NCBI GenBank assembly: GCA_963840455.1
Contig: CAWIYV010000010.1
Location: 288,001 to 352,000 of the forward strand
Length of the DNA: 64,000 nt
Direction of reading: 5' to 3'
Origin: Nitrospirota bacterium
Lineage (GTDB): Bacteria; Nitrospirota; UBA9217
Shown here: one piece after another, positions 46,808-56,859 of the stretch
How the letters are laid out: each line of letters starts with the position of its first letter
Position numbering within the stretch: position 1 is the first letter of the stretch
The notes under the pieces: model-generated
Seen by the model: the letters and a program-made list of their open reading frames with translations, nothing else
Databases searched by the model: none
Told to the model about the DNA's origin: nothing
Position numbers and translations under genes: made by a program

Positions 46808-47557
46808 TTACGCACCAATTGCTTTTTCCACGTCCAGCAGGATATACAGTCGGTCGTCCTTCCGGGCAATGCCTTTCAGGAACTCCGCGCCGGCGCCCTG
46901 CGCCACGGTCTCAGGGGCCGGCCGAACGGCAGAAGACAGGAACCGCACCACCCCCCTGACCCGGTCGACGAACAGCCCCACCTGGTCATCCTGTCCCAGG
47001 CTCACGACGATGATGCGGGACTTCTCATCCCTGGCGCTCGCGGCAAGGCCCAGCCTGCGGTTCAGATCGACGACCGGCATCACCGTGCCCCGGAGGGAGC
47101 ATACGCCGACAAGATAGTCCGCCGTATGCGGCACCGGCGTGATCTCTTTGGGTGTCAGGACCTCCCGGACCCGGTCAACGGGGACAACATATTCTTCATT
47201 GCCGAGGAGGAAGGAGAGCATCTCGAGATCTTGCTCCTCCAGCTGCTGCTCCGGTTCTTCTGTCCCGGACACAACAGGCCCGGGCGCAGGCTCATCCTTC
47301 TTCTGAGGCCCCGGGGCAGCCGTGGCCGGCGGCGCTGTTGCGCTTATCTCGTTCTCCGGCAGCATCGCGGGAGCCTGCCCCGGAGCCGCGAGAGGACCAT
47401 TCGGCATGAACGGAGTCTCCTGGGGCAGGGGCGGGGACGCCGGGGCGGGGACGCCGGCCTCATTCTGCTCCGAAGCCGGGAATGCCTGATCGGCCCTCTG
47501 GGTGCTTACCGCCTTTGCCTTCTCCGCCGCCTTCTTTCTTGCCGCTAGGATATCCAT
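46808..47557 (-). CDS. cheW: CheW adaptor with Pro/Ala-rich N-terminal extension
   Basis: EEYVVPV, ITPVP..LVGVCSLRGTVMPVVDL and GLFVD motifs. Confidence 0.92.
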   Translation of the reverse strand: MDILAARKKAAEKAKAVSTQRADQAFPASEQNEAGVPAPASPPLPQETPFMPNGPLAAPGQAPAMLPENEISATAPPATAAPGPQKKDEPAPGPVVSGTEEPEQQLEEQDLEMLSFLLGNEEYVVPVDRVREVLTPKEITPVPHTADYLVGVCSLRGTVMPVVDLNRRLGLAASARDEKSRIIVVSLGQDDQVGLFVDRVRGVVRFLSSAVRPAPETVAQGAGAEFLKGIARKDDRLYILLDVEKAIGA

Positions 47558-47570
47558 AATGATTCCTCTG

Positions 47571-47636
47571 CAAGGTCCAATGCTGAACGCTCAAGGAACT
47601 GCGATCGCTCCTGACGTTAAACCTTGAACATTGAAT
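47571..47636. repeat. Heptamer-period inverted-repeat element
   Basis: CAAGGTCCAATGCTGAACGCTCAAGG versus ACGTTAAACCTTGAACATTGAA. Confidence 0.45.
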
Positions 47637-47637
47637 A

Positions 47638-48435
47638 CTATTTTAATTCCTCCGCCACGTCCTCCACGATCTCATCCGTGATGGCCGCCGCGCCCCTGCC
47701 GAAACCCTCGATCAGAGCGTTGCCTGCAATGACATTGATCAGCCGCGGCACGCCGTCACTGTAGCGGTAGAGGGCCGCGATCGCGCCCTCGTCAAAGAGC
47801 GGGGCGTCCCGTCCCGCCACGCTCAGCCGGTGCGCCACATACTCTCCGGTCTCTTGTTCGTCCAATAGACCGAGGTGGTACTGGAGCCCGATGCGCTGCC
47901 TCAGAGCGCGGTACGACCGCTTCGCCAGCCGCGTCCTCAGCTCTGTCTGACCGATGAGCACCAGGGCCAGGAGGTTACGGTCGTCGAGCTGGAAGTTCGT
48001 GAGCAGCCGGAGCTCCTCAAAGGTCTCCTTGCCAGGGATAAGCTGCGCCTCGTCGATGATGATTGCCGTCCGCTTGCCCGCTTCATAGATCTCATACAGC
48101 TTTGCGTTGATCCCCTCGAGCAGGCCGTGGCGAACATGCTGCTCCTCGTCAACCCCGAGGCGGAGCGCGACGGTCTGGAGGAGCTGCATCGGCGAAAGCC
48201 GGGGGTTGATGATCAGCACCGGATGGAACCGCTCGTCCAGCGAGTCGATGAGCGCCCGGGACAGCGTCGTTTTGCCGGACCCGATGTCGCCGGTCAGGAG
48301 CACGATGTCCATGTCCTCCACGGCGAGCTGGAGACGCGCCAGGGCCTCGGCGTGCTTCCGGCTCTGATACAGGAAACGCGGGTCCGGCGTCTTGCTGAAC
48401 GGCTTTTCCCTCAGCCCGTAGAATTCTTCGTACAA
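47638..48435 (-). CDS. ExeA/GspA-like AAA ATPase
   Basis: YEEFYGLREKPF, TGDIGSGKT, IIIDEAQ, LIGQ and GVPRLIN motifs; TTG start. Confidence 0.92.
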   Translation of the reverse strand: MYEEFYGLREKPFSKTPDPRFLYQSRKHAEALARLQLAVEDMDIVLLTGDIGSGKTTLSRALIDSLDERFHPVLIINPRLSPMQLLQTVALRLGVDEEQHVRHGLLEGINAKLYEIYEAGKRTAIIIDEAQLIPGKETFEELRLLTNFQLDDRNLLALVLIGQTELRTRLAKRSYRALRQRIGLQYHLGLLDEQETGEYVAHRLSVAGRDAPLFDEGAIAALYRYSDGVPRLINVIAGNALIEGFGRGAAAITDEIVEDVAEELK

Positions 48436-48445
48436 GTAGTTCTCC

Positions 48446-48533
48446 GGAGTCAGAAGCCGGAATCCCGGGGCACGGAGAACGGTGCACTCTCATCCCTTTC
48501 TCCTGCCTGCTGACCCCTGTCTCCTGACTACTC
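48446..48533. repeat. Heptamer-period inverted-repeat element
   Basis: GGAGTCAGAAGCCGGAATCC versus TCCTGCCTGCTGACCCCTGTCTCCTGACTACTC. Confidence 0.45.
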
Positions 48534-48541
48534 TTTACTTA

Positions 48542-50533
48542 CTACCGGCCCCTGGCCGCTGTTTTTTTCATGGCCCCTTCAATGAGGGACTCCACATCGA
48601 GCACCAGCACGACGATCTTATCGCCCAGCTCTGTGGCGCCGGCAATACCCGGCGTATCGGCGAGACGGCTGCCGAGCGGCTTGATGACAATCTCCTGCTG
48701 GCCCCGCAGGCGGTCCACCACGAGCCCCAGTCTCCGCTCAGCAAGCCCCACCAGGACAACAAAGTGCGTTTCCTGCTGGTCCGCCTGGGGCAGCGAGAAT
48801 GCATCGGAGAGCCGCAGCAGCGGAATAGTCTCGTCGCGGATCGCCATCACCTCGCGCGTCTCGATGGTCTCGATCTGCTCAGGCCGGACCCGCATGACCT
48901 CGAGGACCGAGCCGAGAGGCACGGCGAACCGGCGTCCGCTTGCCTCGATGATCAGCGCCTTGATGATGGCCAGCGTGATGGGAAGGGTCAGGATAAAGGT
49001 CGTTCCCACGCCTGTCTCCGTCTCGATGTCGATCATCCCCGAGAGCCGCGACACGTTGCGCTTCACCACGTCCATGCCCACGCCGCGTCCTGAGATCTCG
49101 GTCACCGTTTCACTCGTCGTAAAGCCCGGCAGAAAGATGAGGTCCAGGACCTCCTTGCGGTCGCGCTCGGCGTCAAGCTCGTCCTCCACCAGCCCCTTTT
49201 CCCGCGCCTTGGCAAGCAGCACGCGCGGGTCGATCCCGCCGCCGTCGTCCTCAACGGTGATCACCACGTGGTTCCCCGTGGGAAACGCAGTGAGCCGCAC
49301 GAGGCCGCGCTCGGGCTTGCCCTGCAACTTCCGCGCATCCGGCTTGGCGATACCGTGGTCGATGGCGTTCCGGATGAGGTGCATGAGCGGATCCGCAAGG
49401 TCCTCGACCATGAGTTTATCGAGCTCGGTCTCTTCGCCGCGGATCTCGAGGTCGATCTCTTTGCCCGCCTCACGGGCGTATTTCCGCACGGTCTGGGCGA
49501 GGCGCGTGAAGATCTGGCCGATGGGCACCATGCGCACGTCCAGGATGCCCTCCTGGATCTCGTTGAGCCGCCGCTCCAGGTTCTTATATGCCTTCGTGAG
49601 GGTCACTGCGATGCCGGTGAACCCCTGCTGGCCGCGCAGGTCCAGGGCAATGCGGCCGATCTCGCTCTTGATGATATGAAGCTCACCCACGGAGCTCATC
49701 AGGCTGTCCAGTTTGTGGATATCCACGCGCACGGTGTTGCTCACGGTCTTGAGCGTGGTCATCTCCGGCCGTACTTCCTGCATCCTGCTGTCGTCCATCC
49801 GAGGGACCGCCTCGAAGGACGTGTTCGGCAGGTTGGTCGCCGCCGCCAGAGCCTCCTGCGTTGCAGAGGTCCCGACCATGATGGTGAAGCCGATGCCGTC
49901 ACCGCCCGCGCTGGCAGTGGGCAAGGTGCAGATGATCTCCCCGTGATGCTTGAGCGTTTCGGTTAGGGTCCGGATGCCGCTCTCGAACTCAGCAAAGGAG
50001 AATGAGACCCGGACCAGGAAAAGGTTCTTACGCTCCCGGACGTTCTCGGTCAGCCGGTGCTCCTCATATTCCGTCAGCACCTGCAGCACCGCAGGATCGA
50101 TGGCAACCTGCGACAGGAGCGTCTTGCCGGCCGCATCCGCGGATTTCGCCGCGAGGATCCGGTCGATGAGGTCCAGCGCCCCGGCGATGTCCTCGAGTGG
50201 TAGGCCCTTCCCGGTCTGCTGAACGAGCCGCCCCAGGAGCCCGAGCGTGTCCGCCAGGGCGTCCAGGGTTTCTCGGCCCAGGCTTACCTTGCCGAGCCGG
50301 ACCTCGTCGAGAAGGAACTCGAGCTTGTGCGAGAGGTCCGCCAGGGCCTTGAGTCCGAACATCCCGGCGAGACCCTTGAAGGAATGGAGCGCCCGGAAGA
50401 GACCATTGACCGTATCGGGGTTGGCGCGGCCGCCGCCCTTCGCATCGTCGAGGGTCATGAGGGCCTGGTTCGCGGTTTCAAGAATATCCTCGGCCTCGGC
50501 CAGGAATTCCTGTATGGGTCGGTCAGATTTCAT
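48542..50533 (-). CDS. cheA: Chemotaxis histidine kinase
   Basis: HPt FRALHSFKG; TVRVD..KLDSLM; HLIRNAIDHG, DDGGG, SGRGVGMDVV; C-terminal CheW domain. Confidence 0.97.
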   Translation of the reverse strand: MKSDRPIQEFLAEAEDILETANQALMTLDDAKGGGRANPDTVNGLFRALHSFKGLAGMFGLKALADLSHKLEFLLDEVRLGKVSLGRETLDALADTLGLLGRLVQQTGKGLPLEDIAGALDLIDRILAAKSADAAGKTLLSQVAIDPAVLQVLTEYEEHRLTENVRERKNLFLVRVSFSFAEFESGIRTLTETLKHHGEIICTLPTASAGGDGIGFTIMVGTSATQEALAAATNLPNTSFEAVPRMDDSRMQEVRPEMTTLKTVSNTVRVDIHKLDSLMSSVGELHIIKSEIGRIALDLRGQQGFTGIAVTLTKAYKNLERRLNEIQEGILDVRMVPIGQIFTRLAQTVRKYAREAGKEIDLEIRGEETELDKLMVEDLADPLMHLIRNAIDHGIAKPDARKLQGKPERGLVRLTAFPTGNHVVITVEDDGGGIDPRVLLAKAREKGLVEDELDAERDRKEVLDLIFLPGFTTSETVTEISGRGVGMDVVKRNVSRLSGMIDIETETGVGTTFILTLPITLAIIKALIIEASGRRFAVPLGSVLEVMRVRPEQIETIETREVMAIRDETIPLLRLSDAFSLPQADQQETHFVVLVGLAERRLGLVVDRLRGQQEIVIKPLGSRLADTPGIAGATELGDKIVVLVLDVESLIEGAMKKTAARGR

Positions 50534-50538
50534 AATTT

Positions 50539-50643
50539 TATGATTGCTGATTTTGGATTGCGGACTTCCGGATCATGACCGGAGATCTTCTTGTGTTTTT
50601 CCGGAACGTTCATTCCCCAATCCGTAGTCTGCAATCCGCAATA
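50539..50643. repeat. Heptamer-period inverted-repeat element
   Basis: GATTGCTGATTTTGGATTGCGGACTTCCGGAT versus AATCCGTAGTCTGCAATCCGCAAT. Confidence 0.55.
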
Positions 50644-50644
50644 G

Positions 50645-51016
50645 TTACTTCCCCCCCACCGCTTTCTTCACCAGCACCATGAGGTCTTCCTTCTTGAACG
50701 GTTTGACCACGTAGCCCATGGCGCCCAGCGCCAGGCCCCGCTTCTTGTCCTCTTCGGTCTTTTCCGTGCTCACAATGATGAGCGGGATGTCCTTGAAGGA
50801 CGGGTTCGCCTTGACAAAACCGATGAGCTCCAGGCCGTTGATGTCCGGCATATTGATGTCCGTGATGATGAGGTCGAACCTCCTGCTGGGCAGCATCTTG
50901 AGCGCCTCGAAACCGTTGTTCGCCTCGGCGGCGAAGAAATCACCGGCCTCCTCAAGGGCGATCCGGATAACGGAGCGGATGGCTTTGGAATCCTCCACGA
51001 TCAGCACGTTCTTCAT
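50645..51016 (-). CDS. cheY: CheY-type response regulator
   Basis: LIVEDS, TDINMP, VSTE, VKPF; upstream of cheA. Confidence 0.9.
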   Translation of the reverse strand: MKNVLIVEDSKAIRSVIRIALEEAGDFFAAEANNGFEALKMLPSRRFDLIITDINMPDINGLELIGFVKANPSFKDIPLIIVSTEKTEEDKKRGLALGAMGYVVKPFKKEDLMVLVKKAVGGK

Positions 51017-52245
51017 TTCTTCTCCTTCTCGAGCTCGGCCAGCTTCCGTTCGAGCAGGGCCTTCTCCAGCGCCATGCCTGCCTGGTTCATGAAGATCTCG
51101 AGCGTTTCAACACCCCTGATGGACTTCAGGTCGGGAAGGTTGTCGCCATAGACGATGAGGGCGACCTTGTTGTCCACGACCAGCGGGAGCGCCAACACCA
51201 CGTCGGGCCTGGACCCTCCCACCTCGTTCACGAAATAATTGTTCTGGTCGTTGGACTCCATCGGGCCCAGGTAGGTGCGGCGGGATTCAATGACGTTCCG
51301 GAACAGGGATGGTGTGTTGAGCGGTATGCGGATATTCCGCACCACCTTGTCCGGGGACGCGCCGCTCGCCAGTTCGATCCCGAACTGGCCGAGTCCGCGC
51401 ACCTCGTCCTTCTTTACCATGAACAGGATGGCACGGTTCACTACTTCGCTCGCGTACCGGAGGGTCAGGAGTGTCACTTCGGCCGTGGCCGTGGGGAACC
51501 GGAGCTCGTCGAACATGGACTTGAGCGTCGTGATCTGCTTGGACGGCGATTCATTCTCGATCTTGGAGCGGAACTCCTCGCGGGCGGGCTCGGAGCTTGT
51601 TCGGGTGACGGGGGCGGGGCGGGACAGTACGGAGGACGGCGTCGGCGGGGCTGCTTCTGCAAAGGGGTCGGGTGTGGAGGAAGCTTTGGGCGTCGCCTGC
51701 GGTTTGGCGGCGGGAGAGGTCTTCCTGCCCTGGCCCTTGCGCTTTTCGTCGAGGATCCGCGTCCCCTCCATCAGGAGGTACTCGGCGCTCAGACCGGACT
51801 TCAGGAGCAGGTCCTGCGTATCGATCTCGATCTTGTCCTTCGGCACGACCTCGCCGAGCTCGAAATTGAAGAACCCCTCTTCCCACGCAAGCAGGTCATA
51901 GATGATCTCCTCGATCTGCTGGCGCACGACGTCCTCGATGACCTGAGCGGTCGTGGCCTTGGTCTCCACAAGGATCATGCCGAGGGGTTTGTCGGGGCTC
52001 ATCTTCTGGCGCGCGAGCGCCGCCGCGAGGTCCGCCTGGTCCACCATCCCCTGGGACACCAGGATGTTGCCCAGGGAGTCGCGAATGACATCGCTGCCGG
52101 CCTGGACCACCTGGCCGTTCTTGAACACGATCATCCCTGACCCTTTGCGGCTCCTGACAACAAGCGTTCCCGTCTTCTTGCTCAGACTGATGATCTGGAA
52201 GATGTCCGGCAAGGCGAGGTCTTCCAGACGGCCGACAAGGCTCAT
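51013..52245 (-). CDS. DUF4388 (PATAN-like) domain protein with C-terminal GAF-like region
   Basis: MSLVGRLEDLALPDIFQIISLSKKTGTL, LGNILV..G and LLAWEEGFFNF patterns. Confidence 0.85.
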   Translation of the reverse strand: MSLVGRLEDLALPDIFQIISLSKKTGTLVVRSRKGSGMIVFKNGQVVQAGSDVIRDSLGNILVSQGMVDQADLAAALARQKMSPDKPLGMILVETKATTAQVIEDVVRQQIEEIIYDLLAWEEGFFNFELGEVVPKDKIEIDTQDLLLKSGLSAEYLLMEGTRILDEKRKGQGRKTSPAAKPQATPKASSTPDPFAEAAPPTPSSVLSRPAPVTRTSSEPAREEFRSKIENESPSKQITTLKSMFDELRFPTATAEVTLLTLRYASEVVNRAILFMVKKDEVRGLGQFGIELASGASPDKVVRNIRIPLNTPSLFRNVIESRRTYLGPMESNDQNNYFVNEVGGSRPDVVLALPLVVDNKVALIVYGDNLPDLKSIRGVETLEIFMNQAGMALEKALLERKLAELEKEKK

Positions 52246-52283
52246 GCGGACTCCCGTATGGGCATGCTGCGCAGCATTGGCAA

Positions 52284-52311
52284 ATTATAGCAGTTTAGAC
52301 AAAAAATGCAA
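52284..52311 (-). promoter_or_regulatory. sigma70 promoter of the che operon
   Basis: TTGCAT-N16-TATAAT with TG extension. Confidence 0.7.
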
Positions 52312-52374
52312 GGTTATTTCACCGGTTAGGAAGGAGAGCGGCGGAACGACAAGGCGGGGAGAGGAGTCCGCCCG

Positions 52375-52872
52375 TTACGTGCTCCGATAGTTGGTGAACT
52401 GGAGCTCGATGCCGAAATCCTTGCCCTTGAGCAACGCGATGACCGCCTGGAGGTCGTCGCGGTTCTTTCCCGACACCCGGACCTGGTCCGCCTGGATAGA
52501 GGCCTGGACCCTGATCTTTGAGTCCTTGATGGCCTTGACGACCTCCTTGGCCTTGTCCGTCGGTATCCCCTGCTGGATCGTAACCTTCTGGCGTACGGTC
52601 CCGCCGAGCGCCGGCTCCACCTTGCCGTAGGACAGGTTCTTGGTCGGCACGCCGCGCTTCACCAGCTTTCCCTGCAAAATATCGATCACGCTCTTGAGCT
52701 TGTAATCATCGTCGGAAACGATGACCAGCGCGTCCTTCTCCTGGGTGATGGCGGACTTGCTGCCCTTGAAATCGAAGCGCTGGGAGATCTCCTTCATCGT
52801 CTGGGCGACTGCGTTCGTCACCTCGGCCATGTCGATCTTGGAAACAACGTCAAATGAATTTTCAGCGGCCAT
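52375..52872 (-). CDS. yajQ: YajQ-family nucleotide/c-di-GMP-binding protein
   Basis: [29 protein letters not shown] and LQFTNYR motifs. Confidence 0.95.
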   Translation of the reverse strand: MAAENSFDVVSKIDMAEVTNAVAQTMKEISQRFDFKGSKSAITQEKDALVIVSDDDYKLKSVIDILQGKLVKRGVPTKNLSYGKVEPALGGTVRQKVTIQQGIPTDKAKEVVKAIKDSKIRVQASIQADQVRVSGKNRDDLQAVIALLKGKDFGIELQFTNYRST

Positions 52873-52952
52873 ACGAACCTCCCCGGTGATTAAGAGAATA
52901 GTAATTGAGTGATTCGGAACGTACCTTCAATAATTTAATTACTATTTACGAA

Positions 52953-53837
52953 TTACTGTTCTATGATCTCCGTCCCCTTCGGGACTTTGAATCGGAACTG
53001 CCCATCGTCCAGGCCCACATTTTCCTTCACGTCGGAGAACTGGATGTCCGATGTGTTCCCGGACCGGTCATGGACGACCATGCGCGTGATCCTGCCGACC
53101 TCGTCAGAATAAAGCCGCAGTTTCCTCATGGCGGCCCCCGCCTTTTTCGGGACGAGGTCCAGCATGCGGGGCTTGTCCGCCTCGGGCATGGACACGGCGA
53201 AATCCTGCCGGATGGCCCCCGCGCCGAGCAGGAACGCGACCGGAATGTTGGCCTGCTCGAAGTCCTTGAACGTGCGCCGGATGGCCTGCTCGCTCTTCTT
53301 CGAATAGAACCACGCTTCCGCTCCGTCGATCATGATCAGTTGGCCGTTCGTATACTCGAGCCGGAGCTTGCCAGGCCGTTTGATCGCGAGCGTACCCTCG
53401 AATTTCTGGGTCTTTTCCACGGACTTGAGGAAGTTCTTCTGCACGACCCTTGCGGTCAGGTCCGCAAGATCGCGATAGTGCGCCTCGATGGCCTGAACAC
53501 CATCCATGCCGACGGCGGCAGGCACCGACGAGGATGGGACGGTGACCGCCGTTGCGGTGACAACGGAAGCGGTCTCCGCAGCAGCAGAGAACGTACTGCT
53601 GAAAACCAGCAGAAGCACACAGCAGCCAGCGGCACGGGCGAACGTGTTCGTCTTTATTCCGCATTCCGCAAAGAGCCATCCCCTCCCGTTTCCCCTCCCC
53701 TGTAATCCATTCCCTCCCTTTGTCCCTCCTCCCGAAGGGGAGGGGCCGGGCCGGGAATGCGTTTGCTCATGGGGAGGGGCAGCGGTGAGGATGCGCTTGT
53801 CTTTTCCCTTTCCGCACTGTTTCTTCCTAGATATCAT
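52953..53837 (-). CDS. lolA: Outer-membrane lipoprotein carrier LolA (start uncertain)
   Basis: GTLAIKRPGKLRLEY, IDG..WFY and FRFKVPKGTEII motifs; downstream of ftsK. The signal-peptide-like segment only begins near 53657. Confidence 0.85.
   Translation of the reverse strand: MISRKKQCGKGKDKRILTAAPPHEQTHSRPGPSPSGGGTKGGNGLQGRGNGRGWLFAECGIKTNTFARAAGCCVLLLVFSSTFSAAAETASVVTATAVTVPSSSVPAAVGMDGVQAIEAHYRDLADLTARVVQKNFLKSVEKTQKFEGTLAIKRPGKLRLEYTNGQLIMIDGAEAWFYSKKSEQAIRRTFKDFEQANIPVAFLLGAGAIRQDFAVSMPEADKPRMLDLVPKKAGAAMRKLRLYSDEVGRITRMVVHDRSGNTSDIQFSDVKENVGLDDGQFRFKVPKGTEIIEQ
53679..53790. repeat. CCCCTCCCC/GGGGAGGGG REP-like palindromic cluster
   Basis: On the - strand, nested hairpins CCTCACC..CCCCTCCCC..CCCCTCCCCTTCGGGAGGAGGG..GGGGAGGGG. 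Confidence 0.5.
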
Positions 53838-56040
53838 CGAGGTCCCTCACCGTCCCGTCCATGTTCTTCCTGACCAGCACCTGCCGGGGCTTGGAACCGT
53901 CGGCCGGGCCCACGATGCCGTCCTCCTCCATCATCTCGATCATGCGCGCGGCGCGGTTGTAGCCCACGCGAAGCCTCCGCTGCAGGAACGACGTGGACGC
54001 CTGGCCGTTCATCTGCACCAGCTCCACGGCGCGCTGGTAGAACTCGTCGCGCTCGCTGTCCTCCACGGCGGCCACCTCGGCCTCGGCTACTTCCTTCACG
54101 CGCTGGGCCAGGAACTCATAGTTGGGCACGCCCTGCTTCTTGATGAACTCCACCACCCGTTTGATCTCGGCCTCGGAGACAAAACACCCGTGCACCCGGA
54201 TGAGGTGGGCCGTGCCGGGCGGCTGGAAGAGCATATCGCCCATGCCGAGCAGGTTCTCGGCGCCATTGGCGTCGAGGATGGTGCGTGAATCGGTCTTGGA
54301 CGAGACCTGGAAGGAGACCCGCGTCGGGAGGTTGGCCTTGATGAGGCCGGTGATCACGTCCACGCTCGGACGCTGTGTCGCCACGATGAGATGGAGGCCG
54401 GCGGCGCGCGCCATCTGGGAAATACGCATGATGGACTCTTCCACCTCGCGCTGCACGGTCATCATGAGGTCGGCGAGCTCATCGATGATGATCACGATGT
54501 AGGGCAGTCGCTCGGCCTCGGGCACGGCTTTGTTATACGATTCGATGTTCTTGGAGCCCTTCTCGGCCAGCGTCCGGTAGCGCCGTTCCATTTCGGCCAC
54601 AAGCGCCCGGAGCGTCTCTGCCGCGCGCTTGGGCTGGGTGACCACCGGTGTCAGCAGGTGCGGGATATCGTTGTAGAGCGACAGTTCAAGCATCTTGGGG
54701 TCCACCAGCACGAGCTTCAGCTCGTTCGGCCGTGCGTTGAACAGGAGCGCCAGGATGATGGAATTGATGGCCACGCTCTTGCCCGAGCCGGTGGCCCCCG
54801 CGACGAGGAGATGCGGCATCTTCTCGATGCTGGACACGATCGATGCGCCGAAGATATCCTTGCCCATGGGCACCTTGAGCCGGGACCGGTTGGCCTGATA
54901 CTCGGCCGACTCGATGATCTGGCGGAAATAGACGATTTCGCGGGTGTTGTTCGGCACTTCAATGCCGACGGCCGCCTTGCCGGGCAGCGGCGACTGGATC
55001 CGTACCGAGGCAGCTTTCATGGCAAGCGCGAGATCGTCGGCAAGGTTCACGATCCTGCTCACCTTCACGCCCGGCGCCGGCTCGAACTCGAACATGGTCA
55101 CGACCGGGCCGGGGTGGACCTGGGTGATGCGGCCCTGGATGTCGAAGTCCAGCAGCTTCTGCGCGAGGAGCTCGGACTGGGCGATCATGTCCTTCTCGGA
55201 GACCTTCTTGACCGAAGGCGGCACCGGGTCAAGAAGGTCAGTGGATGGGAGCTTGTACGCGCCCTTGCCGTCGTCCATGAACTCGAAGGCGGCCTGGGTG
55301 GTCTTGGGCGGCTTCTCCTTCTTCTCCCGCAGATGCCGCTCGCTGGGATTGATGACCGGCACCTTCGGAACGGCCGGTGTTTCTACGATCTTCGGCGGCT
55401 CCTTGGGCTGAATCGGCCGGGCCTTGGCCTCGCGCGCCTTTTCGGCCCGCCCCCTTTGGATCGCCATGAACAGCGCCGCCTGTTCGACAAGGCCCATGTA
55501 CGCCTTCCGAAGGAGCGCGAATGCGTTCAGGAGCGAGAAGGGTGTGAGAAGAATCAGCGATATGACCAGGCTGGTGACGGTGATGATGAAAGCACCGGTG
55601 ATCGAAACGCTCTTCACCATGAGAATGACAAAGAGCTGGCCGAGCATGCCTCCCGACGGGATTGTCTCGCCGAACAGGACCGCCGTCTCGCCCTGGAGCC
55701 CGAGGAGCGTCGTGAGCGAGATGATGAGCAGGATGGCGCCGATCTTCTTGAGGAGCGGGTGGACAGCATCGCCGCCGAGGGCGAAGAACACCGCGTAGGC
55801 GAACAGGAATGCAGGAATGAGATAGGCGCTGATCCCGAACAGTTTGAGGAGCGCATCGGAGAGATAGGAGCCGATGACGCCGATGGCGTTCCTGGTCTCG
55901 CCGCCCTTGCCGGCCACGCTGAAGCAGGGGTCGGTCGCACTGTAGGTGACGAGCGCGAGCAGGAGCAGCAGCCCCGCCGCGAAAAGGATGAGGGCGACGA
56001 TCTCGTGCCCGTTCTTATTTTTTACCTTGGATGCCGCCAT
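53827..56040 (-). CDS. ftsK: DNA translocase FtsK
   Basis: N-terminal TM domain; MPHLLVAGATGSGKS, IIDELADLM, ATQRPSVDV; gamma domain SFLQRRLRVGYNRAAR. Confidence 0.97.
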   Translation of the reverse strand: MAASKVKNKNGHEIVALILFAAGLLLLLALVTYSATDPCFSVAGKGGETRNAIGVIGSYLSDALLKLFGISAYLIPAFLFAYAVFFALGGDAVHPLLKKIGAILLIISLTTLLGLQGETAVLFGETIPSGGMLGQLFVILMVKSVSITGAFIITVTSLVISLILLTPFSLLNAFALLRKAYMGLVEQAALFMAIQRGRAEKAREAKARPIQPKEPPKIVETPAVPKVPVINPSERHLREKKEKPPKTTQAAFEFMDDGKGAYKLPSTDLLDPVPPSVKKVSEKDMIAQSELLAQKLLDFDIQGRITQVHPGPVVTMFEFEPAPGVKVSRIVNLADDLALAMKAASVRIQSPLPGKAAVGIEVPNNTREIVYFRQIIESAEYQANRSRLKVPMGKDIFGASIVSSIEKMPHLLVAGATGSGKSVAINSIILALLFNARPNELKLVLVDPKMLELSLYNDIPHLLTPVVTQPKRAAETLRALVAEMERRYRTLAEKGSKNIESYNKAVPEAERLPYIVIIIDELADLMMTVQREVEESIMRISQMARAAGLHLIVATQRPSVDVITGLIKANLPTRVSFQVSSKTDSRTILDANGAENLLGMGDMLFQPPGTAHLIRVHGCFVSEAEIKRVVEFIKKQGVPNYEFLAQRVKEVAEAEVAAVEDSERDEFYQRAVELVQMNGQASTSFLQRRLRVGYNRAARMIEMMEEDGIVGPADGSKPRQVLVRKNMDGTVRDLDDI

Positions 56041-56049
56041 GGACCTCGA

Positions 56050-56859
56050 TTATTTCAGGGCAACATACAGCACCACCACAGCGGCGAGCGCCAGGCGGTA
56101 CCATACGAAGATGTTCAGTGAATGCCGCTCCAGATAGCGTATCAGGAAGCGAATAGCAAGGTAACCCACCACCGCGGAGCTGAGCGTGCCGAGAATGCAA
56201 CCCCATGCTGCGTTTCCCTGGAAGGTAATATGGTGCACCTTGTGCAGCGCCGCCCCGGCGATCACCGGCGTCGAGAGCAGGAAGGAGAACCGCGCCGAAT
56301 CCTCGCGCCGGTATCCGGCGGCGAGACCCGCGGAGATCGTGATCCCCGAGCGGGAGATGCCGGGGATGAGGGCGATAGCCTGGGCGACACCCACGAAGAG
56401 CGCGTGACCCAGCGTCATGTCCCCGAGGTGGCGGGTCTTGGACGAGAACCGGTCCGCCAGCCACATCAGAAGCGATCCAAAGACCAGGGCCCCGGCGACC
56501 AGGAGCGGGTTCCGGAACGCCGTCTCGACCATGTGTTCCAGGGTCAGGCCGACAATGACCGCGGGGATGGTGCCGAGCACGATGTACCACACCAGTTTGG
56601 CCTCGTATTCCATGGCCTTGCCCTGCACGACCCTCAGCGTCGCCTTGCCAAACTTGAGCCAGTCCCGCCAGAAGTACCACAGCACTGCCGTGAGCGTGCC
56701 GAAGTGCAGCGCCACATCAAAGGTGAGGCTGTTCATCAGTTCGCCCTGCCAGCCCGTTGCCCACTGGGCCAGGATGAGGTGGCCGGAGCTGCTGATCGGC
56801 AGGAACTCCGTCAGGCCCTGAATGATGCCGAGTATGATCGCTTCAATAATGAGTGCCAT
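56050..56859 (-). CDS. uppP: Undecaprenyl-diphosphate phosphatase
   Basis: QGLTEFLPISSSGH and ALIPGISRSGIT motifs. Confidence 0.96.
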   Translation of the reverse strand: MALIIEAIILGIIQGLTEFLPISSSGHLILAQWATGWQGELMNSLTFDVALHFGTLTAVLWYFWRDWLKFGKATLRVVQGKAMEYEAKLVWYIVLGTIPAVIVGLTLEHMVETAFRNPLLVAGALVFGSLLMWLADRFSSKTRHLGDMTLGHALFVGVAQAIALIPGISRSGITISAGLAAGYRREDSARFSFLLSTPVIAGAALHKVHHITFQGNAAWGCILGTLSSAVVGYLAIRFLIRYLERHSLNIFVWYRLALAAVVVLYVALK

